Positions 1 to 9,462 of a stretch of DNA of 64,000 nucleotides are shown here, one piece after another; position 1 is the first letter of the stretch, and each line of letters begins with the position of its first letter. The stretch is from an uncultured Pseudomonadota bacterium. GTDB taxonomy: Bacteria; Pseudomonadota; Alphaproteobacteria; RF32; CAG-239. A model generated the notes under the pieces. It did not search any database. It saw nothing but the letters and a program-made list of their open reading frames with translations, and had not been told where the DNA came from. The stretch lies in assembly GCA_949295025.1 (NCBI GenBank), contig CASFJK010000008.1, positions 606 through 64,605 of the forward strand, read 5' to 3'. Position numbers and translations under genes: made by a program.

Positions 1-2
1 GC

Positions 3-647
3 GGTTTCCAAACTCTGGGAATTGAAGGTAACAGAGATGCCGGAAATGCCAAAGAATTAAGCACCGAGCGTACCAGCTATGCAAAACAATTTAACGAAAT
101 TTTGGAACAAATAGATGCTTTGGCAAATGATGCTGGTTATAAAGGTGTCAACTTGTTGCAAGGCAACAAATTAACGGTAGTCTTCAACGAAGATCGTTCT
201 TCAAAAATCGAGATTCAAGGTGTGGATGCAAGCTCAAAAGGTTTGGGTATTGCCGCCGCTCAAAACGATTGGCAAAGAGATGAAAATATTGATGTTTCTA
301 TCTCTCATATTGAAGATGCAATTACTGAACTTCGTACTATGGCTTCAGACTTTGGTAACAACTACTCTATTGTTCAAAGCCGTGAAGACTTTACGGATAA
401 TTTGATTAACGTATTAACCGAAGGTGCCGATAAGTTGACCTTGGCTGATATGAACGAAGAGTCAGCAAACATGTTGGCATTGCAAACCAGACAGCAATTG
501 GCTATTAACTCATTGAGTTTGGCTTCACAAGCTGCTCAGTCAGTAATAAAAAAAGAAAGAACCCTCGTCAGAATGGCGAGGGTTTTTTTTGTTTGCATTT
601 GTTTACCAAGTTATGTATACTATTTTGCTATAATAGACAAAAGGTGA
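3..647 (+). CDS. Flagellin, 3' part (5' end outside window); native stop apparently lost, possible pseudogene
   Basis: Frame open from base 3; alphaproteobacterial flagellin C-terminal motifs GADKLTLADMNEESANMLALQTRQQLAINSLSLASQAAQSV, then an aberrant 35-aa tail. Confidence 0.9.
   Translation, partial: GFQTLGIEGNRDAGNAKELSTERTSYAKQFNEILEQIDALANDAGYKGVNLLQGNKLTVVFNEDRSSKIEIQGVDASSKGLGIAAAQNDWQRDENIDVSISHIEDAITELRTMASDFGNNYSIVQSREDFTDNLINVLTEGADKLTLADMNEESANMLALQTRQQLAINSLSLASQAAQSVIKKERTLVRMARVFFVCICLPSYVYYFAIIDKR
560..590 (+). terminator. Intrinsic terminator of the flagellin gene
   Basis: AACCCTCGTCA-GAA-TGGCGAGGGTT followed by a T-run. Confidence 0.85.
593..621 (+). promoter_or_regulatory. 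sigma70-like promoter for the 651..2444 gene
   Basis: TTGCAT-N17-TATACT. Confidence 0.6.
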
Positions 648-650
648 AAT

Positions 651-2444
651 ATGGCAAAATACGAAGAACTTTTAGCAAGAATAGATAATGCATATCGAAA
701 AGGTACCAGACTTTACATACCTGCTTGTGATATAGAATATTTAAGCAGAGAAGAAATTCAAAACCTTCAACAAAAAATAAATGCTTATAATATCAACTAT
801 ATAAATGAATCTGAAAAGAAAAATGTTATAGATGCAAATACTGCAGAATATTTGCGTAATGTTTGTACCAATCCATCGCAAATCATCAACAATATGGTAC
901 AAAAAATAAGTTATTCTATTTTGCATGAATATCGTTCGGGTAAGATTAAAAAATTGGAAGAATTAGGAGAAGAAATTGCTCCTGATGAAATTAATGCTAT
1001 TGATTTGCATTCCGGAAAAATAGAAGAAAATCCATATTCAGATGGCGATAACAGGCACACAAATAAAGAATATCAGACCAAACATATCACACCATTTACG
1101 TCTATGCGTTTAACATTTTATGATTTTCGTGATAATCCGATATACGTCATCATGCCCGGAATGAAAGATATTCGCAGAGCTATAGATAAAGTACGTTTGC
1201 CAGTTTATGATAACAACGGCAAATTAATATCTCGCGGCGGAAAATACTATGAACAATATCTGAAAGACATGCAAAAGGTTGTCTCATCTTTTGAAAATAA
1301 ATATGCCGCAAAGTATAAAAAGGGCTCTGCTGAATATAAAAAAGCAATGAAAGCCGCAGAACCGGAGATTCAAAAAGAACAAGCTAAAGTTCTGTTGCCG
1401 TTCCAACGCTTAAAAGATATATACAGATTTACAATTTGCCGTAAATATTATCAAGATACGGAAGAAACATTGCAACTCTTTGCACAAGATCCGCAATATG
1501 CCGTTCAAAAAGACGAAATTAAAGACGCGTTTCATGGTAATGTAAATGAAAGTAGTGCCTATGAAACCAAGAATTATAGAGATAAAAAAGTTTATTTGAA
1601 CTTAGATGGTATCAAAATAGAGGTTCAGATAAAGATAACTAAGTTGCATGGTGGAGATGTTATAACCAGTGAAATATATGCCGGCGTTGAAAATAATGAA
1701 AGCCGAGATGATAATGTTTTGCTTATAAGTCAACAAAATACAAAAAATAAAGGCTTACGTTTTTGGGAAGAAAATAAAGGACGCTATATTGCTGAAGGTG
1801 ATAAAAAAATTGTCAATATGAAAATTTTAGAAAGACAATTAGCCGCTCAAAAAGTAAATAAAAAGAATATCCGCGAATACAATCTTCAAGTTTTGGATAA
1901 AGCATTTCGCTTGGAAGATGCCAAGAGAGCAAATAATAAAGAGTTTGATGAAGAAAGAGTGCATCCGATTAATAAGCAAAAGAAAAACACCTATAATATG
2001 GTGGCCAATTTTATTCAGGATAACTTTATATATCGCCCATTTAAAGCTTTTGATATGCAGCAAAAATTCAATGTAACCGATGAAGAATTAAAATCTTTGG
2101 GTTTAGTGGTAACAAAGGCACAGTTAGATGACCTGTTTGATCGCTATGCAGACATAATTTTGCCAAGGTACAACGGACGTATTGAAGGTAATGAAGCCGA
2201 GCAATTTGCAAATCCAAAAAATCAAGAAAAAATAAGATTACAATTTGCAGAAAGTGCGTTCAATGAGCAAAGCTTTGCTGAGGTAAAACCCTCAAGAGCA
2301 GAAATTCAAATGCTTCAGTCTTTAGATAAAGAACCGCTTGATGTACAAAAATATCATAAAATACTTGCTAATAAAAACAGATATTACCATAATAGAGGTA
2401 ACCAAAAATATAGAATGATGAGAACTTATTCTCAAGAAAGATAA
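651..2444 (+). CDS. Orphan protein with divergent RelA/SpoT-like nucleotidyltransferase (alarmone synthetase-like) domain
   Basis: Ordered motifs PGMKDIRRAIDK / RLKDIYRFTI / IKDAF / NYRDKKVYL / IEVQIKITKLH; SD AAGGTG. Confidence 0.65.
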   Translation: MAKYEELLARIDNAYRKGTRLYIPACDIEYLSREEIQNLQQKINAYNINYINESEKKNVIDANTAEYLRNVCTNPSQIINNMVQKISYSILHEYRSGKIKKLEELGEEIAPDEINAIDLHSGKIEENPYSDGDNRHTNKEYQTKHITPFTSMRLTFYDFRDNPIYVIMPGMKDIRRAIDKVRLPVYDNNGKLISRGGKYYEQYLKDMQKVVSSFENKYAAKYKKGSAEYKKAMKAAEPEIQKEQAKVLLPFQRLKDIYRFTICRKYYQDTEETLQLFAQDPQYAVQKDEIKDAFHGNVNESSAYETKNYRDKKVYLNLDGIKIEVQIKITKLHGGDVITSEIYAGVENNESRDDNVLLISQQNTKNKGLRFWEENKGRYIAEGDKKIVNMKILERQLAAQKVNKKNIREYNLQVLDKAFRLEDAKRANNKEFDEERVHPINKQKKNTYNMVANFIQDNFIYRPFKAFDMQQKFNVTDEELKSLGLVVTKAQLDDLFDRYADIILPRYNGRIEGNEAEQFANPKNQEKIRLQFAESAFNEQSFAEVKPSRAEIQMLQSLDKEPLDVQKYHKILANKNRYYHNRGNQKYRMMRTYSQER

Positions 2445-2465
2445 TATCTGTTTTTAGGAAAGAAA

Positions 2466-3626
2466 ATGAAAAAAATTTCAATGTTTTTAGCATGTGTTAG
2501 TCTTGGTGTTTCTCAAGCTCATGCTCAAGATGCTGTCTTGACCCTAACGGGCGATGATGTTGTTAGTATATCGGCAGCAGAGGCTCAAGCCGCTAAGGAA
2601 CAAACAACAGAAGTCAAAGCAGAACCGCAAGCTGAAGATAAAGGAATTTTTTCATTTCTTAATTTCTGGAACAAAGACAACAAGCCTCAATTAACAGACA
2701 CTTCAACAACGCCGCAAGAAACACTTTTGCAAAAGTTAACTCGTATGGCCGGTGAGGGGGATTTGAATGCACAACTTACTTTGGCTTATATGTATTTATA
2801 CGGTGATGAAAACGCGCAGGTTAGCCAAGATTACGCTCAAGCTTTCAAATACTATGAAATGGCTTCTGCGCAGAATGATAACGTGGCAATCAATAATTTA
2901 GGTAGCTTATATTATAGTGGCATTGGCACCTCAAGAGATATAATTAAAGCAACTCAAATGTTTTCTAAGGCGGCAGAGTTAGGCAATACTGAAGCCATGG
3001 TTAACTTGGCATTTATATATCTTTCAGAGCAAGGCGATTTTTATCGTCCCAAAGAGGCAATAGAACTTTTTAATAAAGCTTCCGCCGCTAAAAATCCAAC
3101 AGCAGACTTTATGCTTGGTTATGCTTATTATAAAGGCTTTATGATTGAAAAAAATTATCTTAAAGCTTTTGAATTGATAAAAAGAGCAGCCAACACCGGT
3201 TATGATGAAGCAATGTATGTTTTATCTATGATGTATATGAATGGAGAAGGAACACCTCAAAACTATGGTAATGGTGTTAAGGTTTTAGATTTAGCAGTTA
3301 AACAAGGTAATGTACCATCTATGATGGAACTGGGATATATTTTGGCAAATGGAGAAAAATATCCTAAGAATATTTATAAAGCCCATATTTTGTTTAACGT
3401 AGCCTCTGTTAGAGGTGCGGAAGGTGCGGCAGAAAGAAGAGAAATCTTAAGAAAAAATATGAAAATTGAAGAGTTGCTTCAAGCTCAATCTGCTGCAGAA
3501 GCATATAAAGAGCAACCAAGTCAATTAACATTATATATTCGCCAAACATTTGGAGATAATGTCCGCCAATATATTGATAACGGAATAGAACAACAAAAAA
3601 GTAACAATACTAAAAAAGCAAAATAA
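2466..3626 (+). CDS. Exported Sel1-repeat protein
   Basis: Signal peptide ending AHA-Q; about 6 Sel1 repeats (AQLTLAYMYLYG, AINNLGSLYYSGIG, AMYVLSMMYMNGEG). Confidence 0.9.
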   Translation: MKKISMFLACVSLGVSQAHAQDAVLTLTGDDVVSISAAEAQAAKEQTTEVKAEPQAEDKGIFSFLNFWNKDNKPQLTDTSTTPQETLLQKLTRMAGEGDLNAQLTLAYMYLYGDENAQVSQDYAQAFKYYEMASAQNDNVAINNLGSLYYSGIGTSRDIIKATQMFSKAAELGNTEAMVNLAFIYLSEQGDFYRPKEAIELFNKASAAKNPTADFMLGYAYYKGFMIEKNYLKAFELIKRAANTGYDEAMYVLSMMYMNGEGTPQNYGNGVKVLDLAVKQGNVPSMMELGYILANGEKYPKNIYKAHILFNVASVRGAEGAAERREILRKNMKIEELLQAQSAAEAYKEQPSQLTLYIRQTFGDNVRQYIDNGIEQQKSNNTKKAK

Positions 3627-3641
3627 TCTTTGAATTGTTAT

Positions 3642-3675
3642 AAAAAAAAGCTACCTAAGAAGGTAGCTTTTTTTT
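3642..3675. terminator. Bidirectional intrinsic terminator
   Basis: A8-GCTACCT-AAGA-AGGTAGC-T8 between convergent genes. Confidence 0.9.
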
Positions 3676-3700
3676 CATTGAACTATGTATGAAACTCAGC

Positions 3701-4861
3701 TTAAGCAGCTTTGTTCATTTTATTTTCAGCAAACTTGTTCATAGTCTCAATGATATAGTCTTGAACATCACTATCCAAATACGGGTGCATCGGGATAGAA
3801 AGAACAGTCTTAGAAAGTATTTTGCAAACCGGCAATTTACGAGTATTCCATTTTGCATAAGCAGTTTGAGTATGAACCGGACGCGGATAGTAAGCACCAC
3901 AAGGAATACCATTTTCTTTCAAATAAGCCATCAATTCATCTCTGTCATCACAGTTAATGGTGTAGAGAGCATAAGCAGATTGGCAGTTGTCCAAAATGCG
4001 TTGTTTGCGGAAATAAGGGCTCAATTCATTGTCATATCTTTTAGCAATAGTATAACGATCTTTGAGTTCTTGATCAAAAACTTTAAGCTTTTGCAAAACA
4101 ACAGCTGCTTGGAATGTGTTCATACGACCAGTCATGCCCAAACGAACGTTGTCATAGTGGTCTTCAGGGCTCATACCATGAACACGGCAAGATTTAACCA
4201 TTTCGTTTTCTTCATTTGTGTTAGAGAAAACAGCACCGCCGTCACCATAGCAAGCTAAAGGTTTGGTTGGGTAGAAAGATGTAGCGGTCATATCAGTAAT
4301 GTTACCAGCTCTTGTTCCGTGGTAAACAGAACCATAGCTTTGAGCAGCATCAGACAAAACTTTCATACCATTTTCATGAGCAATTTTGATGATTTCATCA
4401 TATTCGCAAGGAGAACCGAAAATATCAACCGGAATAACAACTTTCGGAGTAAGTTTTCCTTCTTTTTTAACTTCATCAATAGCGCGTTGCAAATCAGCAG
4501 GATCCATAGTGTATGTATCAGGTTTAGAGTCAACAAACACCGGAGTAGCCCCAACAATGGCAGCACATTCAGCAGAAGCAACAAAGGTGAAAGAAGAAAC
4601 AAATACGGCATCACCTTGTTTTACATCCCAAGCCATCAAAGCCAAGGTCAAAGCATCAGTACCTGAACCGCAGGTAGAGCAATATTTTGAACCAGAGTAG
4701 TTAGCCAATGCAGTATCCAATTCTTTTGTTTCAGGACCTTGAGCATAGCCGCCATGGTTCAAAATAGTTTGAAAAGCGTTCAAGAAATTTTCTTGACCGA
4801 TAATTTTTTGAGAAGCTTGAACATCAAACAAATTAATCGGTTTGTTAGGTTTATTAGTCAT
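3701..4861 (-). CDS. DegT/DnrJ/EryC1/StrS-family PLP sugar aminotransferase (WbpE-like)
   Basis: SGTDALTLAL, DAAQSYG, TSFYPTKPLACYGDGGA (PLP lysine). Confidence 0.92.
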   Translation of the reverse strand: MTNKPNKPINLFDVQASQKIIGQENFLNAFQTILNHGGYAQGPETKELDTALANYSGSKYCSTCGSGTDALTLALMAWDVKQGDAVFVSSFTFVASAECAAIVGATPVFVDSKPDTYTMDPADLQRAIDEVKKEGKLTPKVVIPVDIFGSPCEYDEIIKIAHENGMKVLSDAAQSYGSVYHGTRAGNITDMTATSFYPTKPLACYGDGGAVFSNTNEENEMVKSCRVHGMSPEDHYDNVRLGMTGRMNTFQAAVVLQKLKVFDQELKDRYTIAKRYDNELSPYFRKQRILDNCQSAYALYTINCDDRDELMAYLKENGIPCGAYYPRPVHTQTAYAKWNTRKLPVCKILSKTVLSIPMHPYLDSDVQDYIIETMNKFAENKMNKAA

Positions 4862-4955
4862 TATACAAATCCTCTATTGTTGTTTTAACTGATTCGGATA
4901 GTAAGTTATTTTTTTGTACAATGCAAAACACAAAAGATTACATCAATGTAACAAA

Positions 4956-5711
4956 TCAAAGCGTCACTGCGTAAGAAATCATTTTTTCGTGTTCAAAACG
5001 GTGAATATAATATCCTACAGGACGAGATTGATTCTTTAGATTCTCCAAAGGTTTAAAGTCAAAATCAGCTTGCCAGTTTGCACTAAAAGCAGAAATAACT
5101 AGTGTTTCTCCAATATGAGAAATCACAGAATTATGCAAATGCCCACACGCCACAAGTTTTATTTTATTTTGATATTTTTCAATTAAAGTAGTAAACGCAA
5201 TGCGCCATGGTGAAGTCGTTTTAATATCAAAAAAATCAAGATGCGCATTTAGAGGAAATTGATGTACCATAATGATAATGGGTTTAGAACTTGCAACAAT
5301 TTCTTTTTCTAAAAAAGCCAATTGTTGAGAAGAAATTTCTCCACCGGGAACATTTTCTTTAAACGAGTCTAATGTGATAATTTTTATAGGAAAATCGTTA
5401 CATATATAATCTAACTTTGTTGAGGTTATGGGTTTAGGATGCGATGGATAAAGTTTTTTCAGGGCAGAAATCAAATTTTGTGAGTTATCATGATTTCCGG
5501 TACAGCAAAAGAAAGACATGTGCAAAGAGAAAATCTTGTCAAAAATTGGTTCATAATCAGAATAATCTTTATTCAAAATATCTCCAGAAATTAAAAGAAT
5601 ATCATCGCTTTGCTTATATGAAGCAATACTTTCTATTATTTTTTCTATATTATGTGTACCAATTTTATCCTCAGGATTAAAATGTAAATCAGAAATATGA
5701 AAAAATTGCAC
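4956..5711 (-). CDS. Calcineurin-like metallophosphoesterase (CpdA/Icc-like)
   Basis: HISDLH, SGD, GNHD, H, CGHLH motifs; GTG start with SD AGGAG. Confidence 0.88.
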   Translation of the reverse strand: MQFFHISDLHFNPEDKIGTHNIEKIIESIASYKQSDDILLISGDILNKDYSDYEPIFDKIFSLHMSFFCCTGNHDNSQNLISALKKLYPSHPKPITSTKLDYICNDFPIKIITLDSFKENVPGGEISSQQLAFLEKEIVASSKPIIIMVHQFPLNAHLDFFDIKTTSPWRIAFTTLIEKYQNKIKLVACGHLHNSVISHIGETLVISAFSANWQADFDFKPLENLKNQSRPVGYYIHRFEHEKMISYAVTL

Positions 5712-5836
5712 GAAAAACTCCTTGTCTTAAATCAGTTTAATACATACTGATTGTATCCAAAATTATATTGATTTCAAATAATTTAATGCTATATTAATAA
5801 AAAACTAAAACCAACCGTAATAGGTGATAACAAATT

Positions 5837-6607
5837 ATGAAAAAAACAGCTCTGTTTTCTTTTGCTTCTGCTGCAGCTTTGTTAACAACATCTTGCGCAA
5901 TGGCAACCAATCTTGATAAACATGATCCCGATGATCCTTATGAATCTTTCAACCGAGCAATGTTCGAGTTCAATATGCAGCTCGATAAATATATCTTGAA
6001 GCCGGTTGCAGAAGGCTATCGTTCTATTACAACACCGGCTGTCAGAGAAAGAGTTCGCAATGCTTTCAATAACATTAAGGAACCTATTTCTGCTGTTAAC
6101 CAAGTTCTGCAAGGTGAGTTTCAGCGTTCCGGAACTAGTGTGGGCAGATTTGTTATCAACTCGACCTTGGGTTTGGCTGGTACATTTGATGTTGCCTCAG
6201 CTTGGGGATTGGAACATCATCCTGATGGTTTTGAAGAAACTTTGGCCAAATGGTGCGTGCCATCAGGACCATATCTTGTTTTGCCATTCATCGGCTCAAC
6301 AACACCGAGAGCATTTACCGGTGAAATTGCAGATTCATTTACCAATCCTGTATATTGGTTGAGTGAAGACCACGAAGATGGTTACTATGCATACGCCGGA
6401 TATGTTGCTGTTAAGACAATCATCAATCGAGAGGCATATCTTGATTTGAGCGATGATTTGCAAAGAAATTCAGTCGATTTCTATACAACTATGAAATCCG
6501 CATATATGCAAAACAAGAGCAAATTAAATTCTTGTTCTGGAGAAAGTCAGGCTTCTTATGATTTTGATTTTGAAATCGATGAAGAAGTTGATGATATGGA
6601 AATATAA
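5837..6607 (+). CDS. mlaA: MlaA/VacJ lipoprotein
   Basis: DPYESFNRAMFEFN, RFVINSTLGLAGTFDVA, GPYLVLPFIG; lipobox-like TSC. Confidence 0.92.
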   Translation: MKKTALFSFASAAALLTTSCAMATNLDKHDPDDPYESFNRAMFEFNMQLDKYILKPVAEGYRSITTPAVRERVRNAFNNIKEPISAVNQVLQGEFQRSGTSVGRFVINSTLGLAGTFDVASAWGLEHHPDGFEETLAKWCVPSGPYLVLPFIGSTTPRAFTGEIADSFTNPVYWLSEDHEDGYYAYAGYVAVKTIINREAYLDLSDDLQRNSVDFYTTMKSAYMQNKSKLNSCSGESQASYDFDFEIDEEVDDMEI

Positions 6608-6619
6608 GGAGTCTTATTA

Positions 6620-7246
6620 ATGAAAAAAAGTATTTTTATTGCTGTTTTAGGTCTTTTAATGTCATTTTCCAATGGTGCCAAAGCCGATGTTAATGCTGAA
6701 AAGGCAGACGCTTTTGTTAGAGAAGTAACAAGCAACGGTATTGAAGAAATTATCAATGCTAACGTCTCTCAAAAAGTAAAAGATGAAAGATTTGAAAAAT
6801 TATTCAATCAAGCATTGGATTTAGACTTTATTGGTCAATTTGTTTTAGGTCGTTATTGGCGCACAGCAACTCCTCAACAAAAGAAAGATTTTATCCAAGT
6901 GTATAGAGAATTAAATATAAAAACTTGGTCTGCTCGTTTTGATGAATTTAAAGGAAAATCATTTGTTTTCACCGGTACAACACCATCCACCAGTAAAAAT
7001 CAAATCTTTGTCAATTCTACCGTAGATATGGGCGAGGGTGCTCCTGCCAAAGTTGTTTGGCGTGTTAAACAAAACGGAGATAAGTTCAAAATAGTTGATA
7101 TCATTATTGAGAATGTTAGCTTGGCTATCACAGCACGCAATGAATATACAGCTTTTATTAAAAATAATAATGGTAATGTAGATGCTTTAATTAAAGATTT
7201 GCGTAACAAAGTTAACGCTCCGGTAGCTTCTAAAAAAGCTGCTTAA
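6620..7246 (+). CDS. mlaC: MlaC/Ttg2D phospholipid-binding protein
   Basis: FVLGRYWRTATPQQ, KIVDIIIENVSL; signal peptide; follows mlaA. Confidence 0.9.
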   Translation: MKKSIFIAVLGLLMSFSNGAKADVNAEKADAFVREVTSNGIEEIINANVSQKVKDERFEKLFNQALDLDFIGQFVLGRYWRTATPQQKKDFIQVYRELNIKTWSARFDEFKGKSFVFTGTTPSTSKNQIFVNSTVDMGEGAPAKVVWRVKQNGDKFKIVDIIIENVSLAITARNEYTAFIKNNNGNVDALIKDLRNKVNAPVASKKAA

Positions 7247-7258
7247 AAAAGAGAGAAT

Positions 7259-7292
7259 AAAAAAAGCTCTGTATTATGCAGAGCTTTTTTTT
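7259..7292. terminator. Bidirectional intrinsic terminator
   Basis: A-run-GCTCTGTA-TTA-TGCAGAGC-T-run. Confidence 0.85.
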
Positions 7293-7971
7293 ATGCCATT
7301 TTTTCGAGAACATACAATAATTTAGGAATGAAAACTTTTCGATAAGAAATGTCAGCTTCAAATTTTTCAATTCCATAAAAAGAACTGCATTCCAATATTT
7401 CTAAATTATTGCGAATAAATTTTATTAATGCCGGTTGAGAACATTGTTTGAAATCCAAATCAGAATCTTTAAGGAGTTTCAAAACAGCAGATGCGTTAAT
7501 GATGATTTGAGACCAAAGTTTTGCAATATGAGCACTTTCAGATGCAATATGTTGCAAATCTTCTTGAATATAAGAACACACGTTTGCTATTTCATTATAA
7601 AGACGTACATTCTTAATGTTGCATGTGTTTATGCTAAATTTTTTATCACATATGGCGTCATTGATTTTTTGCAAAAACTCAATATCATTATCAATCTCAA
7701 ATCGTACGACCCACATTTTTCCGGAAATATAAGAAAGACGAATTTTTTTATTAAAGAAAATTCGATTAAATTTCTCACACATAATTCCATTACTATAAAA
7801 ACAACCTTTATTTCTGCTTTCAATAACAAGTAGATTGTTAAAAGTGTTTTTAGATAAATATTTTTCAATTAAATTTGTTTGAAAAGGGGTTGTTCTCAGA
7901 ACCGAAATGGCATTCTGATAAGGTACGGCACAAGATATTAAAGCGTGCGCGACATCATAATTTCTTTCCAT
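7291..7971 (-). CDS. Hypothetical protein (very AT-rich orphan, no SD)
   Basis: 226-aa ORF with its own TTGATT-N17-TATAAA promoter; no recognisable motif. Confidence 0.7.
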   Translation of the reverse strand: MERNYDVAHALISCAVPYQNAISVLRTTPFQTNLIEKYLSKNTFNNLLVIESRNKGCFYSNGIMCEKFNRIFFNKKIRLSYISGKMWVVRFEIDNDIEFLQKINDAICDKKFSINTCNIKNVRLYNEIANVCSYIQEDLQHIASESAHIAKLWSQIIINASAVLKLLKDSDLDFKQCSQPALIKFIRNNLEILECSSFYGIEKFEADISYRKVFIPKLLYVLEKMA

Positions 7972-8039
7972 ATTGTATAAATTTTAATAATAAATAAAAC
8001 ATAAGTTTTATACTTCTAAAAAATAAAAAAATCAAACAT

Positions 8040-8073
8040 AAAAAAAGCAGCTTTAATTGTAGCTGCTTTTTTT
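8040..8073. terminator. Intrinsic terminator after accC
   Basis: A-run-GCAGCT...AGCTGC-T-run. Confidence 0.85.
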
Positions 8074-8087
8074 ATGTTTTGCTAAGC

Positions 8088-9434
8088 TTATGCTTTGTGC
8101 TTAGAGTTCATATATTTTTCCAACCAGTGAATGTTATATTGACCATCAATAAAGTCAGGTTGAGATATAATTTCCTGATGGAGAGGAATGGTTGTTTTCA
8201 CACCTTCAATAACAAACTCTTCCAAAGCACGACGCAAGCGCATTAAAGCAGCATTACGTGTTTTGCCATGAACAATAAGTTTTGCAATCATACTATCGTA
8301 ATAAGGTGGAATTCTATATCCAGAATAAATTTCAGAATCTACACGAACACCTAAACCTCCAGGAGCGTGCCATTCTGTAATTTTGCCCGGCCAAGGAGCA
8401 AAAGTTTCCGGATCTTCAGCATTGATACGACATTCAATAGCATGTCCGTTAAATTGAATATCTTTTTGGCTGTATCCGAGCTGAGCACCACTAGCGATTC
8501 TAATTTGCTCTTTAACAATATCAATACCGCTGATAGCTTCAGTAATTGGGTGTTCAACTTGCAGACGGGTATTCATTTCCAAGAAGTAGAATTTACCATC
8601 TTCATACAAGAATTCCATTGTGCCGGCATTGTTGTAGCCAAGGACTTCCGCAGCATGACGAGCAATTTCACCAATTTCTTCACGTTGTTTTTGGTTCAAA
8701 GCCGGAGACGGAGTTTCTTCAATCACTTTTTGGTGATTACGTTGAATAGAACAATCGCGTTCACCTAAATGAACCACATGACCATAGTTATCTGCCAAAA
8801 CTTGCATTTCAATATGACGAGGTTTTTGCAAATATTTTTCCATATAGACAACATCGCTGGTGAAAGCATTTTTAGCTTCAGCTTTAGCCATGGTATAAGC
8901 TTCTTTCATTTCATCATCGTTGAAAGCAGTTTTCATACCTTTACCGCCGCCACCATCTTTAGCTTTAACAATAACGGGATAGCCAATTTTATGAGCCCAT
9001 TCAATAGCGTGTTCAACGCTCTCTAAAGCTGGAGAACCTGGAACGACAGGCAAACCTGCTTTAATAGATGCTTCACGAGCAGTAATTTTATCACCCATCA
9101 TACGCATGATTTCTGGTCTTGGACCAATGAAAGTAATACCGTGCTCTTCGACCATTTCAGCGAAGTCAGCACTTTCAGATAAGAAACCAAAGCCGGGGTG
9201 AATAGCATCAGCACCGGTAATATGAGCTGCAGAAATAATTGCAGACATATTTAAATAAGAGTCGGTAGAACGAGCCGGACCAATACAAACAGCTTCATCA
9301 GCCAAGCGGACGTGCATAGCGTCAGCATCAGCTTCCGAGTGAACAGCCACAGTGCGGATTCCCATTTCACGACAAGCGCGATGGATACGCAAAGCTACTT
9401 CGCCACGGTTCGCAATTAAAACTTTTTCAAACAT
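8088..9434 (-). CDS. accC: Acetyl-CoA carboxylase biotin carboxylase
   Basis: MFEKVLIANRGEVALR, GGGGKG, ERDCSIQR, EMNTRLQVEHP; start moved to MFEK. Confidence 0.97.
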   Translation of the reverse strand: MFEKVLIANRGEVALRIHRACREMGIRTVAVHSEADADAMHVRLADEAVCIGPARSTDSYLNMSAIISAAHITGADAIHPGFGFLSESADFAEMVEEHGITFIGPRPEIMRMMGDKITAREASIKAGLPVVPGSPALESVEHAIEWAHKIGYPVIVKAKDGGGGKGMKTAFNDDEMKEAYTMAKAEAKNAFTSDVVYMEKYLQKPRHIEMQVLADNYGHVVHLGERDCSIQRNHQKVIEETPSPALNQKQREEIGEIARHAAEVLGYNNAGTMEFLYEDGKFYFLEMNTRLQVEHPITEAISGIDIVKEQIRIASGAQLGYSQKDIQFNGHAIECRINAEDPETFAPWPGKITEWHAPGGLGVRVDSEIYSGYRIPPYYDSMIAKLIVHGKTRNAALMRLRRALEEFVIEGVKTTIPLHQEIISQPDFIDGQYNIHWLEKYMNSKHKA

Positions 9435-9462
9435 ATTATAATCCTCAAAGTTAAAGGACAAA

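Noticed and set aside
3689-4700. Long antisense ORFs over the aminotransferase (likewise over accC, thrS, proS and recN)
   Set aside because: Shadow ORFs opposite well-supported genes, with no motifs or RBS.
5783-5797. TTAA-N7-TTAA CtrA-like boxes (also 12911-12925; half site near 26616)
   Set aside because: An all-AT motif is expected repeatedly by chance in this genome, and the site before fliF has the wrong spacing.
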